Assembly (NCBI GenBank): GCA_951406725.2
Contig: OX597818.1
Coordinates: 30,938,001-31,002,000, forward strand
Source: Octopus vulgaris
Lineage: Eukaryota
DNA: 64,000 nucleotides
Direction of reading: 5' to 3'
Shown here: positions 13,698 through 28,398 of the stretch, piece by piece
Numbering within the stretch: the stretch's first letter is position 1
Layout of the letters: the number at the start of each line of letters is the position of its first letter
The notes under the pieces: model-generated
What the model was told of the DNA's origin: nothing
The model's database searches: none
What the model saw: the letters and a program-made list of their open reading frames with translations, nothing else
Translations under genes and position numbers: made by a program

Positions 13698-14425
13698 GAG
13701 GATATATATCGATATTTATATATATATATATATATATTTTTTTAAATATACGTATATATAATGTTCGTATATATCTATGTATATATATATGTGTGTGTGT
13801 CAGTGTGTGTAAGTGTATGTGTGTGTTTGCATGCATGTATATGTATGTCGGCAAGTATGTATGTATTCATGTATGTATGTATGTATGCTTGTATTTCCCA
13901 ATTGGCCCCACACCACCTGAGTGGAAACATTCCTTCCCCTGTCCTTGTAAGCTAGAGACATTTAATGATGAGATACCAACCTACGCAGCAGTGTTCGTTC
14001 ACGCACACAGCAGGGGTGCTTAAGGTTTGCATAATTAGGGACTGGTAAACTAACCAAATACACACACATTTCTATCTGCTCATAGGATTTGAACCTGTTG
14101 TTCCGTTGATGACATGAACATATATTTGTAACAATAGGCAACGATGAAGTCATTCGGTTAAAGACAGAAACATTCGCTGACTTCTGATGTCTTAAACACA
14201 CAAAGGTCAATCAAATACACGCAAACACATAATAAGCGTATATGTTATACAGTAAGTAAACAAAACATCTACATACATAAGATAACTATATTTTCGTCTT
14301 TGTATCATCATTTCCCTATTTCAAATTTACTGCCTCCTTTATGTGTAAACACACACACACACACACACGTATGTATATACATATTATATATACTACAAAT
14401 ATATACACATTTTTGTATGTGTGTG

Positions 14426-14510
<85 letters not shown>

Positions 14511-14513
14511 ATA

Positions 14514-14887
14514 GGCGTAGGAGTGGCTGTGTGGTAAGTAGCTTGCTTACGAACCACATGGTTCCGGGTTCAGTCCCACTACGTGGCACCTTGGGCAAGT
14601 GTCTTCTACTTCGGGCCAACCAAAGCCTTGTGAGTGGATTTGGTAGACGGAAACTGAAAGAAGCCCATCGTATGTGTGTGTGTGTGTGTGTATATGTTTT
14701 TATGTCTGTGTTTGTCCACCCAACATCGCTTGACAACCGATGGTGGTGTGTTTACTTAGCGGTTCGACAAAAGAGACCGATAGAATAAGTACTAGGCTTA
14801 CAAAGAATAAGTCCTGGGGTCGATTTCCTCGACTAAAGGCGGTGCTCCAGCATGGCCAGTCAAATAACTGAAATAAGTAAAAGAGTA
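14514..14887 (+). mobile_element. SINE family A
   Basis: Full head-to-tail match to the other family A copies. Confidence 0.85.
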
Positions 14888-14942
14888 TGTAACCCTCAAA
14901 ATTACATACATGCACATATACATGCGATGTGTTGTTTCTACA

Positions 14943-14987
<45 letters not shown>

Positions 14988-15392
14988 GTAAATATATTTA
15001 TGTAGGCATACACGCAACACACACATACACGCACACACACATGCACACATACACACACACACGCGCAAACATACACATACACACACATGCATCTCCCATA
15101 TATATATATATATATAATAGTATAAATAATATAAATAATATATAAATACATGCATATATACATACATATATGTACATACCTACATCTATATGTATATATA
15201 TATACATGCATATATGGGTACAGGACATCAAAAAAACGTTGAACACAACGAGAAACGAAAACATAAAAACAAAAACATCGAAACGAACTTCTTGTTCAAA
15301 CAACGAAAAAACAGAGTACAAGACATACAACACAAGGAATATTCCCCTTCTTCAGTTGTCCCTGTTTCGTCTACTCCGCGTTACGAAGGTAA

Positions 15393-15439
<47 letters not shown>

Positions 15440-15961
15440 ACCGTTATGAACACCTTGTCCAATGCATATGGAGACCTGTAAATGTTCACTCAACGCGCTA
15501 GAAAAAAAAACTACGAAAATACCGCCCAACCACAATTCACAATCTTAGAAAAGAACATAGAATATTGTGATCCTAGTTTTCCTTGAAATAATAAGATGGA
15601 ATGGTTACGTTTGGGATACCATTAATTATAGGCCTGCTCGGTCAGGACTGACTTAACTGAAAACAACAATAGCATCGTCAACTTATCTTCGTATCTAATT
15701 TATGAGCAAGGGTAAGGTTTACTACCTGCTAGAAGTAGTGACCAAATCTCTCTCGAATCGAATAGCATTGGTTTAAATAAGAAGAAACTGGATAATATAG
15801 TTCTAGAACTATGCTTCAGAGAACGACCCAGACACCTCCACCAAAAAAATTCACGTTATAAAGCTAGTTTGAACCGGTTTGATCGTAGGTTCTCTCATCC
15901 ATGTTTGACCTGTGGTTAAACTGCTACAACAAAATCAATAACCACTGCAAAAGCAACAACA

Positions 15962-16046
<85 letters not shown>

Positions 16047-16050
16047 CTAC

Positions 16051-16120
<70 letters not shown>

Positions 16121-16348
16121 GGTGGACGCGTCTATTTCCTCTCTGGTCAATCTCTCATCAACTTCTTCAAGTACCACTTGAAAAGGAAAGTGAGAGTAGA
16201 GAGCTAGCGAATGTTTTAAAAAGATGGGTGAATGTAGCAAGAATGGCACGTATGAATGACGAAGCCACCTTGAGCATAGTCCTATGAACCCAGAAATCGA
16301 AAACAGAGAGTTGCTATTTGCAAAAAAAAAAAAAAATATAAATGTGAC

Positions 16349-16382
<34 letters not shown>

Positions 16383-16393
16383 GTGTGCATCTA

Positions 16394-16451
<58 letters not shown>

Positions 16452-16452
16452 C

Positions 16453-16542
<90 letters not shown>

Positions 16543-16707
16543 GTTCCTCTGTCTGTCTGTCTTGTCTGTGTGCCTGTCTATTTATCAACTTATTTATGTA
16601 TTTATTTATTTATCTATCTTGCCAGCACGCATATTTCAGGAGATACGCATAATTGCATACACATATACACACACAAATATATGTACATAAACACACACAC
16701 ACACAGA

Positions 16708-16790
<83 letters not shown>

Positions 16791-17011
16791 ACACACACAC
16801 ACACACACAGACTCACACACTCACAGAGACACACACACAGAGACTCACACACACACAGAGACACACACACAGAGACTCACACACACACAGACACACACAC
16901 ACAGAGACTCACACACACACACACACAGACTCACACACTCACAGAGACACACACACAGAGACTCACACACACACAGAGACACACACACAGAGACTCACAC
17001 ACACACACACA

Positions 17012-17059
<48 letters not shown>

Positions 17060-17060
17060 A
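15962..17060. repeat. (ATCT)n and (CA)n/CACAGAGACT microsatellite block
   Basis: Seen directly. Confidence 0.95.
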
Positions 17061-17146
17061 CAGACATACATGGGTACATATATCTATATACATTTCCACG
17101 TCCACACCCACGCCCACAATTTTGTGTTTGAACGTGTGAGTGTGCT

Positions 17147-17178
<32 letters not shown>

Positions 17179-17891
17179 TGTGTGTGTGTGTGTTTGTGAG
17201 TGTGTGTTTATGTGTATGCGCGTGTGCGTATGTTCAACCCATCAATAGCGTTACTGGTTCAATTTTTGTTCAGCAGATGTAGGCTTAATCTGTTTGGCTT
17301 ATTTCGCAGTAGCTAATTATGTGAAAAGTTGCGGGAATCAGGTTGATCTCAAAACCTTGTGTAAGTTAATGCAACCTTTAGTTAGTGGGGGCTCGCCATC
17401 GCTGGAATGGCCGTTATTCTCTATGTCAATGGGAGTTGCCAGTGAGTCGGTGGTGTGTATCTTGGAGTAACAGGGAGATGGTAGATGCAGCAGCAGCAGC
17501 AGCAGTAGCAGCAGTAGTAGCAGCAGTAGTAGTAGGTTGCATGACATTTTTGTTAAAACCATCTGAACCAGAGGGAACGAACGATGTCGGGTTTCTTAAT
17601 CAGATCGTATTCCCCGAAGGAAACTCTGTCCTTTTCCGCGCGCCGGCGCACACAGACATACACGAATACACACACACACACACACACACACACATTCACA
17701 AATACACACACAGATATTCACATATACACGCACCCGCACAAACACTTGTATTTGTGTACATACAAGCTTTGGTTCGTAGATACATAAATTCATGCATACG
17801 TATGTGTTCGTATGTATGTATATATAATATATTATAAATTATATATTATATACATTATATATATATATACCTCTCTCTTTCTCTCTCTCTA

Positions 17892-17945
<54 letters not shown>

Positions 17946-17978
17946 AATACATGCAGATGTATTTATGTATGCATATGA

Positions 17979-18027
<49 letters not shown>

Positions 18028-18078
18028 ATATATATATATATATATATATATAGGTAAATATGGCGCGCGCACATACGC

Positions 18079-18137
<59 letters not shown>

Positions 18138-19261
18138 TGTATGTATGTATGTATGTATGTATGTATGTATGTATGTATGTATTTGTATGTATGCATTAAC
18201 TCATGCATATATCCATTGTATACAAAACCCGCTCTGCTTACATTGTAATAACGCGTATAACATTCACATAACACGACTTCATTTGATACATCAATATACA
18301 CATAGAAAGATATAGTTATGAAAATACAGACGAGCATATGTAAAAGAAATACGACACCCACTCTTATTTTACGCAAGTACAAAAAACACTTACAGACACA
18401 CGCACATTCGTATACATAGATATACGCGCGTCCACGCATATACACGCATATACACGCACTCAGCCATATATATGAAGTTACTGAGGTACAGACCATCCAG
18501 TTGGTACAAGAAAATGTGTCAGTATAGTGGGATGTTTTGAGGTAGTTGTTGATATATATACTAATGTGTATGTATATGTAAGTGTATGTACATGTATACA
18601 TATATACACGCATACACGCACGTACATACATACAACATACATACATACATACATACATACATACGTACGTACATACATACGTACGTACATACATACATAC
18701 ATACATACATACATACATACACATACATACATACATACATACACATACATATATACATATATTGATTACTGTTTCGTTATAGGTAGGATCAACCAAAAAG
18801 TAGTCCCCCCAGTGAGTACATATGTGCTGCCCCAATATGAAGGACATTATCACTCGCAAGTCACACGAAGAGCCTGTTCCCAGTTGTAACAGTCGAGACC
18901 CCGAAGCTTGTCTGCTCGACCAGACGAGTCGTGTGGGTGGAAAGGATAAAAAAAAATGTGTAATACTTGTTAGCTGCAATGAAAAAATAAAGAAGCCAAA
19001 TAAACTTAATAATATAGAACTTAATAATATAGAATTTTAAAGATCCTTAGTAAAAACCATATGTATAACTCACATCGTGGTCGATGGAAAACCCATGTAA
19101 AAGCTATAAACGTTACATAAAGAACGCATAAAGATCAAATGTGACAGTCGAAATGAACCATCAGATTGAAGATAGAACGCGCCCAACAATTCCAAAACAA
19201 TAATGATAATCAGTTATAATTTGCTCGAAAGAGACTTAGTAAATTGGGAACTATTTATGTA

Positions 19262-19720
19262 GTGATCACCGTGATCACCGTGACCGACCAGGCTATCAGA
19301 TGTTGCTGCACATCGCTTGTCACAATGCACTTTGCATTGTTTTAGCTTTCAAATGATGCCACCCCGCTGGCTAAGCGAGCAGGCCAACAGAAGAAAGAGT
19401 GAGAGAAAGTTGTAGCAAAAGAGTACAGCAGGGATCACCACCACCCCCTACCGGAAAGATGACCATCATATATATGTATATATATATATGTGTGTGTCTG
19501 TGTATGTTTGTGTGTCTGTGTTTGTCCCCCTAGCATTGCTTGACAACCGATGCTGGTGTGTTTATGTCCCCGTCACTTAGCGGTTCGGCAAAAGAGACCG
19601 ATAGAATAAGTACTGGGCTTACAAAGAATAAGTCCTGGGGTCGAGTTGCTCGATTAAAGGCGGTGCTCCAGCATGGCCACAGTCAAATGACTGAAACAAG
19701 TAAAAGAGAAAGAGAAAAGA
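19262..19720. mobile_element. Family B SINE 3' part (minus) fused to family A SINE 3' half (plus)
   Basis: 19262-19455 matches 26483-26675, and 19460-19720 matches the family A 3' half. Confidence 0.7.
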
Positions 19721-20325
19721 GTTATGTACAATATGTGTTTAGTAAAAGAGGCCACAAAAACAAATAATTTGAAGAATGTCTGCAATAGTTCAATACTTCA
19801 GATTTTCGCTTAAAAGCCGACTAGTCTTGAAACAGAAAACGTTTCTCACTTAAACGCAACAAGGAATTCATAGAATGGTAGCAGAATCTGTCTTAGTATG
19901 AGGTTGTGTTTTCTAATAATTAGCAGCGGATTTTGAATTTCTTTCAGTTTTTATTCATGTTTCGATAGACGTCGAAGAATTTTTATCGCCATTCAAATTA
20001 ATTTTGTCCTGGTAACAAAGCTTGTTACCAGGACAAAAGCTTGTCGTTAAGCTTGTTTTCTGTGTTACGATGTAAATTTGGATATAAAGCTTGGATTTTA
20101 ACTCTGAATGCTTTCCCCACTGATCGAACAATTTCCATTACGGGATCTATTGCTGAGGTCCATACGATTACATTTAGGTGTTTTCTCATTTTGATTAACT
20201 TCAAAAAATCTTTTCACGTTATATTGGTTAACTAACTAGGTGACAGTTTACGACAAAAATAGCTTTCAGTGTACTCCTATAATACTTATGCCGCCAAAGA
20301 AAATGCTTATATACTACGTAAATGT

Positions 20326-20521
20326 TGAGGCGCAATGAGGTCCAGTGGTTAGGGCAGCTGACTCGCGGTTATAGGATCGCAGTTTCGATTCCCAGACTGG
20401 GCGTTGTGAGTGTTTATTGAGCGAAAACATCTAAAGCTCCACGAGGCTCCGGTAGGGGGTGGTGGCGATCCCTGCTGTACTCTTTTGCTACAACTTTCTC
20501 TCCCTCTTTCTTCTGTTGACC
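20326..20521 (+). mobile_element. SINE family B, 5' part
   Basis: Matches 8606-8790. Confidence 0.75.
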
Positions 20522-20553
20522 TAATTTAGTGGGAGTTCTGACACTATTTTCAG

Positions 20554-20746
20554 TGCTCAAACAATAAAACAATTCTTAAAACCCTCTGCTCATAATGGTA
20601 TCGTTGTAGTAAGACGAAACCGTATTGAATTTGCCCCATCCAAGGACAAAGAAGATTCACTTTCTTATATTATGAAATATATTCTTAAGAACTCAAGTGA
20701 TGACTGGAATGTTTTTGATGGAGAAAAGTCTTTTATTAGACTTGCG
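20554..20746 (+). CDS. Possible internal exon of unknown product (AQTIKQFLKPSAHNGIVVVRRNRIEFAPSKDKEDSLSYIMKYILKNSSDDWNVFDGEKSFIRLA)
   Basis: Acceptor TATTTTCAG| and donor GCG|GTAAGG. 193 nt of stop-free, high-complexity frame (phase 2 to phase 0). Confidence 0.4.
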
Positions 20747-21299
20747 GTAAGGTTCAAAATTGTTTTCTTAATTTAAAGTAACAACTAAAGTAAATCTAAA
20801 GTAACATTTAAGATTCTATTAATTTTGAAGTGTTCCCAACCAAATGTCCAATCAATTTTAAATGTTTATTTAATAATTTGTCAAATAATAATCACTGTAC
20901 TCTTTATAAAAATATTGTTCCGAAGAGTCCAATATACTTCAATTATTAATTACGTAAAACTCGGAGTAACAGCTTTTAAAGTTCATCAGCTTCAATAAAC
21001 GCAATATTTTACGCAACCTTTGTTATTCAAGTACTGTTATCTCAACAGTGTTTTGCACCTTATATTTACACGTGCGCGCGCACACACAAACACACACTCA
21101 CACAAATTTATATAGACAACTGCTTCCACACAGTTTCCGTCAACCAAATTCACTTATAAGGCATTACTCGGTTCAGGGCTATTGTAAAAGATACTTTCCC
21201 AGTGGTTTAGAACGCGAGACTTCGTGGTTGCAGTGCAAGCTTCTTAACCACAAAAACATGCATGCGCCTATATATACCCGATATTTTGGGGGAGAAGGG

Positions 21300-21655
21300 G
21301 ACAATCGATTAGATCGACCCTAGTACGCAACTGGTACTTAATTTATCGAACCTGAAACGGTGAAAGGCAAAGTCGACTTCGACGGAATTTGAACTCAGAA
21401 CATAAAGACAGAGGAAATACCTATTTCTTTACTACCCACAAGGGGCTAAACACAGAGAGGACAAACAAGGGCAAACAAACGGATTAAGTCGATTATATCG
21501 ACCCCAGTGCGTAACTGGTACTTATTTAATCGATCCCGAAAGGATGAAAGGCAAAGTCGACCTCGGCGGAATTTGAACTCAGAACGTAACGGCAGACGAA
21601 ATACCACTAAGCATTTCGCCCGGCGTGCTAACGATTCTGCCAGCTCGCCACCTTT
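21300..21655 (-). mobile_element. SINE family C (partly duplicated)
   Basis: Minus strand: GGTGGCGAGCTGGCAGAATCGTTAGCACGCCGG...GAGTTCAAATTCCGCCGAGGTCGACTTTGCCTTTCATCC. Relatives at 61951-62150 and a degenerate copy at ~40-240. Confidence 0.7.
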
Positions 21656-22019
21656 CTGCGCCTATATATTCATTTATCGATAGAGTATGATTTTACGATT
21701 TTAGAAAAAAATTGCCTGCTATTTCTAACACGTCAAGCAAGCACACAGAGGCCCTCTCGTTTGAAAACGCTCTCTCAAACAAGAGTTCGTTTTTCTCCCT
21801 CTTCTTACAATAATCATATTTTAGTTCTGTTCTTCTGTTCTTAGCAATCTCTCAGCTCAAACCATTTACATTTGTGTCCATTCCCAAAATTTTCACCCAA
21901 CACACTTCTATTGATTGGAAGACATTTCCTTATCGGATTAATTTCATGCAAGACTGATTCCTTACAATAGAATGTCCAATATATTCATACATACTTTCAT
22001 GCACATAAACATTATAAAC

Positions 22020-22157
<138 letters not shown>

Positions 22158-22297
22158 TGTATGTATGTATATATATCACGTTTCTTTACAGATTTACGTG
22201 TACACATATCATATCTATTTATCACACTTCATCTTTTATTTTCTTTCTTTCATATAATCAATATCTTTATATCTTTATCTCTTTGTTTATATATATG

Positions 22298-22354
<57 letters not shown>

Positions 22355-22505
22355 GTCTATGTATGTATGTTTGTATGTATGTATCTAACTATCTATTCAT
22401 GTATGTAGAAAGCTAACTAACCATCAATCATATCTGTATATATAAATGCAGTCGTATATGAATATATTGTATGTATACGTTGGTATATGTATATTATATG
22501 CATTT

Positions 22506-22540
<35 letters not shown>

Positions 22541-22699
22541 AATATATATATAAATATCTATATGTATATTTATATATATTTGTATATAAAGAACACACAC
22601 ACACATATATGTTTGTATACACATGTATACTGTAATATCAATACAATATATATTACATATTCCATATATCATAAAATATAGAATGAATACAACATATAT

Positions 22700-22757
<58 letters not shown>

Positions 22758-22908
22758 ACACACTTACACACTCACCACACTCATTTACATACATCTCTAG
22801 CAATGAAAATCTATTATTTCTTAATCTATTGTAGAGAAGAAATATTAGTTTTATGCTTACATACAGAAACGTACAAATACACACAAATTCGCCTGTCTGT
22901 CTATCTGT

Positions 22909-23026
<118 letters not shown>

Positions 23027-23079
23027 GTGTGAGTGTCTATCTGCTAATCTCCATCTGTCTGTCTGTCTATCTGTGTGTC

Positions 23080-23156
<77 letters not shown>

Positions 23157-23231
23157 ACGTGAATGCATACATATGTAATTGTATATACACATATGTATGC
23201 ATGTATTTATGTGTCTATATACATATGGGCT

Positions 23232-23279
<48 letters not shown>

Positions 23280-23351
23280 TATATATAGGTATATATGTGT
23301 ATATGAATATATACGTTTGTGCTTATATATATGTATGTATCTATGTATGTA

Positions 23352-23418
<67 letters not shown>

Positions 23419-24154
23419 GTCTGTCTCTGTCTGTCAGTTATACACTGTCACGCCGTTTGATATACTTCATGTTATCTGAAAAGCAGCTGAGCTGTCAGAT
23501 ATACAACTACAAGTAAGAAGAATAACAACTAAAAACTATAAGCACAATAGCAGGAAAAAAATCAAACAATAGCTACAACAGCAGGAACAACTAAAATATC
23601 AATAACAGTCTGAAAATATAGCTTACCGCCAGAGTTAGAAAAGGGGACTGAACTCGTACAAAACAAGAAAACAAATTTTTTATATAAAAAAAACAAATAT
23701 TGATTTGTGTTTTGGTCAGGACTACACATTTGCCGGGAGAGATTTGTCGATTAGATATACTCTTCTAGTATTTGACTTGTACTTATTTGGCCTCGATGGG
23801 ACTTGAAAGAAGGACGTATGATCGGGGAAAAAAATAGTGTAAGAAATTTTGTCCGACTGATATTTCAATTCTTTCAATCTAGAAGCTGATACAGAAATAC
23901 TGCAACATATGTTCTCTTTTATTTTTAGTTATTTGAATTCTTGTTGTAAGGAAGGAGTTGTTTCTTTAATATAAAGATACAAAGCTCCATCGTTGAAATG
24001 TTGATAACAAAAAGCAATGTCACATGTTGAACTTGAGAAAAGTTTTCCATATTTTTATGGAAAAATGCGCCAATTACTAACTGACATAAGCATAAATTCA
24101 TAATCTGAGAATAGAAGCGAAAGATTTTGAAGCAGTTATCCGTACTGATCCTCT

Positions 24155-24561
24155 TTCTCGTTTTACTCTTTTCTCTTTTACTTGTCTCAGTCATTTGACT
24201 GTGGCCATGCTGGAGCACTGCCTTTGGTCGAGCAAATCAACCCCAGGACTTATTCTTTGTAAGCCCGGTACTTATTCTATCGGTCTCTATTGCCGAACCG
24301 CTAAGTAACGGGGACGTAAACACACAGCGTCGGTTGTCAAGCGATGTTGGGGGGACAAACACAGACACACAAACACATATGCACACATACATATACACAC
24401 GATGGGCTTCTTTCAGTTTCCGTCTGCCAAATCCACTCACAAGGCTTTGGTCGGCGCGAGGCTATAGTAGAAGACACTTGCCCAAGTGCCACGCAGTGGG
24501 ACTGAACCCAGAACCATGTGGTTGGTAAGCAAGCTACTTACCACACAGCCACTCATACGCC
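24155..24561 (-). mobile_element. SINE family A
   Basis: Full-length match; inserted in the R4-type LINE. Confidence 0.85.
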
Positions 24562-24845
24562 TATGATTTTTGAAGAGAAATTTACAACAATAGGGCAGTT
24601 GACCTCTATGACTGTACATACATTTTCTTGTCTATCCCAATGAACAATATCCGACCTGTTATATTTACTCTTGGCAGGAGTTTTGATGGAAGTGTTCTGC
24701 CAATATTCCTTTTTCTTGATATTTATGAATGTATTCGATAACAGGAGGATTCACTATATTGTGAACAATTTTGTTTTGAGATGGCATCGCATATTGTTTT
24801 AGTGACAATGTTACGTCGCATGAAGAGGTAATACCTCTTTTTTTT

Positions 24846-25191
24846 TTACTCTTTTACTTGTTTCAGTCATTTGACTGCGGCCATGCTGGAACACCACCTT
24901 TAATCGAGCAACTCGACCCCGGGACTTATTCTTTTATAAGCCCAGTACTTATTCTATCGGCCTCTTTTGCCGAACCGCTAAGTAACGGGGACATAAACAC
25001 ACCAGCATCGGTTGTCAAGCAATGCTAGGGGGACAAACACAGACACACAAACACACACACGCATATATATATACATATATACGACGGGCTTCTTTCAGTT
25101 TCCGTCTACCAAATACACTCACAAGGCTTTGGTCGGCCCGAGGCTATAGTAGAAGACACTTGCCCAAGGTGCCAAGCAGTGGGACTGAACC
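24846..25191 (-). mobile_element. SINE family A (5'-truncated)
   Basis: Match to family A; inserted in the R4-type LINE. Confidence 0.85.
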
Positions 25192-26482
25192 TCGATGACA
25201 TTTTTGCTGATTCTGTTGGCATGTATGATATCTTCCACAGAAATATAGTATAATCGACATTTTTAGATGCGTTTCGAGGCTCAGATTGCTTCAGTGTCTC
25301 TTTTGGCATTTTGTTGTAACGTCCTGTTCTTGGATTGCAAACGCTTAGTCTTCGAAGTGCGATGTGATGCAGCACTCGCGGGTTCATGTCCTTATTTTTG
25401 TTATCAAGTCTTGGAGAAACATACCCATGCATATTCTTTCTTTGGGGGATGCTGAGCGTTTTACATCCAGGTCTTCTTTGAGATATGTTAGTCTAGCTGT
25501 TATAAAGTTGTATGGGAGGTCGTCAAGAAGGGAGCACTTCCTGAGGAGCTCTCTACCTTGTCTTGTTTTTTATCACAAGCTTTATATATATTTTTTTGCT
25601 GCTGTTGTTTAGTAGTGCTGTCTGAGAGAGACTACACGGCATTTAAAGGCTGTCTGCACTGATCTCAAGCCACAACTTCTTTCATCTCTTTTCAGGTGGA
25701 GACTGTCGATATCACCGTTTCTGTGGAAGTTCTCAGTGGATGTTAGGATCTTGCAGGTTTTAATGTCTATGGAGTGGATTCTCACAATAGAGCAGCCAAG
25801 TATCCCAAATGTTGAAATTAGCGCTGGTATTGCAAATGCATTGTGGGATATTGTCTTGGTAGAAGAATAGAGCGCCGATTGCCTAATTTTTCTAAGTCTG
25901 GTGTCATATTATCGGGTGACTACTTTTGTATGATATATTTCCATCAATGCCTAGGTATTCGTAGCATTCTCTGTGCAGAACAGGAGAAATAGAGAGGCCG
26001 CTGATACACAAACCCTAGGCTAGCGGGATTGATTTTTCGACGTTCAGCAATCAAACATGAACGTATTTTTTTTGGTCAAATTCCATTTCTTTGTCAGCGG
26101 AAAATAATATTAACTCCAGCTGTGTTTTTTTTTTGCCTTGTATACATTTTTATCATAGATATTTAGGTCATCCAAAAAGAAGTTATGAATTACATGGGTA
26201 TCTCTAGCAGTTGCAGATCCTAAAATAAAGCGCATTTTTGCATATAAACAATAGAAAGAAGATGAAAAACAATCAGATTTTTAAATAATATGCCGGTAAT
26301 GGTGGGAAGTTGGCAGCATGATTTTGAGCCCCTGCGACGACGAAATGGAGCGGACATGATGAGAAAGTGCTAAAAAAAGTCATCGTCTTATGCGAGTCGG
26401 CAGATAACACATTCATATGCATATGCGCACGCGCGCACATATTTATATACATATCCACATATACTCGTATATATATATCAAT

Positions 26483-26793
26483 GTGATCACCGTGGTACCG
26501 TGACCGACCAGGCTATCAGATGTTGCTACACATCGCTGGTCACAATGCGCTTCGCATTGTTTTAGCCTTCAAATGACGCCACCTCGCTGGCTAAGCGAGC
26601 AGGCCAACAGAAGAAAGAGTGAGAGAAAGTTGTGGCGAAAGAGTACAGCAGGGATCACGCCCCCCCCCTGCCGGAGCTTCGTGGAGCTTTAGGTGTTTTC
26701 GCTCAATAAACACTCACAACGCCCGGTCTGGGAATCGAAACCGCGATCCTACGACTGCGAGTCCGCTGCCCTAACCACTGGGCCATTGCGCCT

Positions 26794-26796
<3 letters not shown>
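26483..26796 (-). mobile_element. SINE family B (alternative 3' tail)
   Basis: Same tRNA-like head as 8606, with a different tail ending ...GGTCGGTCACGGTACCACGGTGATCAC. Confidence 0.8.
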
Positions 26797-26874
<78 letters not shown>

Positions 26875-26958
26875 AAAAATATATATACATAAGATTGTTT
26901 TGCGTAATGAGACAAAAAACCAACGTTGTGTAGATATTAGAAGATTTATAGATAAAAG

Positions 26959-27010
26959 GTCTTACAGCTGTTTCTAGGATATTTATCAATTATATCCTTT
27001 CATCGGAGAC
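26959..27010 (-). ncRNA. Type I hammerhead ribozyme, U4C variant
   Basis: Minus strand: gtct-CCGATGA-a aggatat aattgataa atatcct a-GAAA-cagctg-TA-agac. Perfect stem I, 7-bp stem II, palindromic stem III. Confidence 0.75.
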
Positions 27011-27764
27011 GGTGTGAGAGGATGGTTAAGTTATAGTTAGTTTAGATAGGATACAAAATAGAGAGTGAGGTGGAGGAAAGAAAATAGATGTGTGATATGT
27101 AGGGATATTGAATTTGTAGATCCATTTTTCAGGCAGAATGGTATAAAACACAATATATGCGCGCGTGTGTGTGTGTATGTATATGTATTGGCCTGCCCGT
27201 CTAGTGGCATGATTCAAAAGCTATAACAACGCAGGGAAGCGCATTGTGACCAATGGTGTATAACAAAATCAGATAGTATGATCGGTAGTGATTCAATAAA
27301 ATGAATATATATATATATATATATATATTTAATCAATATATAATTAATCAATATTAATCAATATTAATCAATGATTAATTATGAATTTTCTGGTTAATTC
27401 CGTAATGGAATCGACGGCTTATATTTATTTGCTGCCGATAAATTTGGCGCGAGTGCGACGATTTGAAAATTTTAGGTCAGATATAACCTTGGCAAGGTCG
27501 GAAATGCCTCGTGAAAATATCTGTTCCGACTTGGGCTATTTTTTACTGAAGAATCTGAGGGCCTATGGAAGATTGGCTTGATTTAATTTAATCAGGTTAG
27601 TTTACCATTAATCAGCAGATGAAACGGTGCATCGTATAAGAAATTACAGGGTAAATGTTTTTTAAATTTTCTCCTGGTTTACGGAATTAATTTTTATTTG
27701 CGGTTGAAGCTTTGACTGTTATTTCTAGTGGGTGAATGGCCTATTATGGCCGTTCCTTGATTGT

Positions 27765-27872
<108 letters not shown>

Positions 27873-27992
27873 ATAAGGGACTAAAGCCATCTGAATATGG
27901 CTAGGGACAGGGCAGGGTGGTGGGGGTGTTACTGTTGCATTTAGCCCCAGGCGAACATCGACGTCACCAGAAAGGCTCGACACCGTCACGGT

Positions 27993-28038
27993 CACACGCC
28001 GATGATAGGCAATACACCTTGAAACCATGGTCCGTGTG
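27993..28038 (+). ncRNA. Type I hammerhead ribozyme, U4C core variant (array copy 1)
   Basis: cacacg-CCGATGA-t agg caataca cct t-GAAA-cc at gg-TC-cgtgtg. Stem I cacacg/cgtgtg, palindromic stem III CCATGG, predicted cleavage after C28032. Confidence 0.75.
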
Positions 28039-28352
28039 TGGTTTCCGCTTCATCGGGGAATTACCTCCCTTTGCAGGTTAAGGGCACCGTGACGGTGTCG
28101 AGCCTTTCTGGTGACGTCGATGTTCGCCTGGGGCTAAATGCAACAGTAACACCCCCACCACCCTGCCCTGTCCCTAGCCATATTCAGATGGCTTTAGTCC
28201 CTTATGTTATCGAGCAGTTACTGTCTATATCCCTTTTAGAGAATTATTATTGCTTTCGAACAGATTTTCGAAATCAGCAAATGTATTTTGCTTGAAAATC
28301 TATATAAGAAAATCCTGCAGAGTGAAAATTCGTCGAGGAAGCGGAGGCCTAC

Positions 28353-28398
28353 CACACGCCGATGATAGGCAATACACCTTGAAACCATGGTCCGTGTG
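28353..28398 (+). ncRNA. Type I hammerhead ribozyme, U4C variant (array copy 2)
   Basis: Identical motif. Stem I extends via GAAGCGGA/TCCGCTTC and CCTGCAGA/TTTGCAGG. Predicted cleavage after 28392. Confidence 0.75.

Larger units (their letters stand above)
23930..26230 (-). pseudogene. Decayed R4/Dong-type non-LTR retrotransposon (RT C-terminus to RLE endonuclease), split by two SINEs
   Basis: Minus-strand frames with stops and frameshifts give HNFFLDDL, YEYLGI, NAFAIPALISTFGI, IDIKTCKILT, FHRNGDIDSLHLKR..GL, MHGY, DIVHWDRQENVCTVIEV and VIGA. Confidence 0.7.

Noticed and set aside
15320-15395. Minus-strand CTGAAGA followed by a hairpin
   Set aside because: No correctly placed GAAA, stem III or cleavage site.
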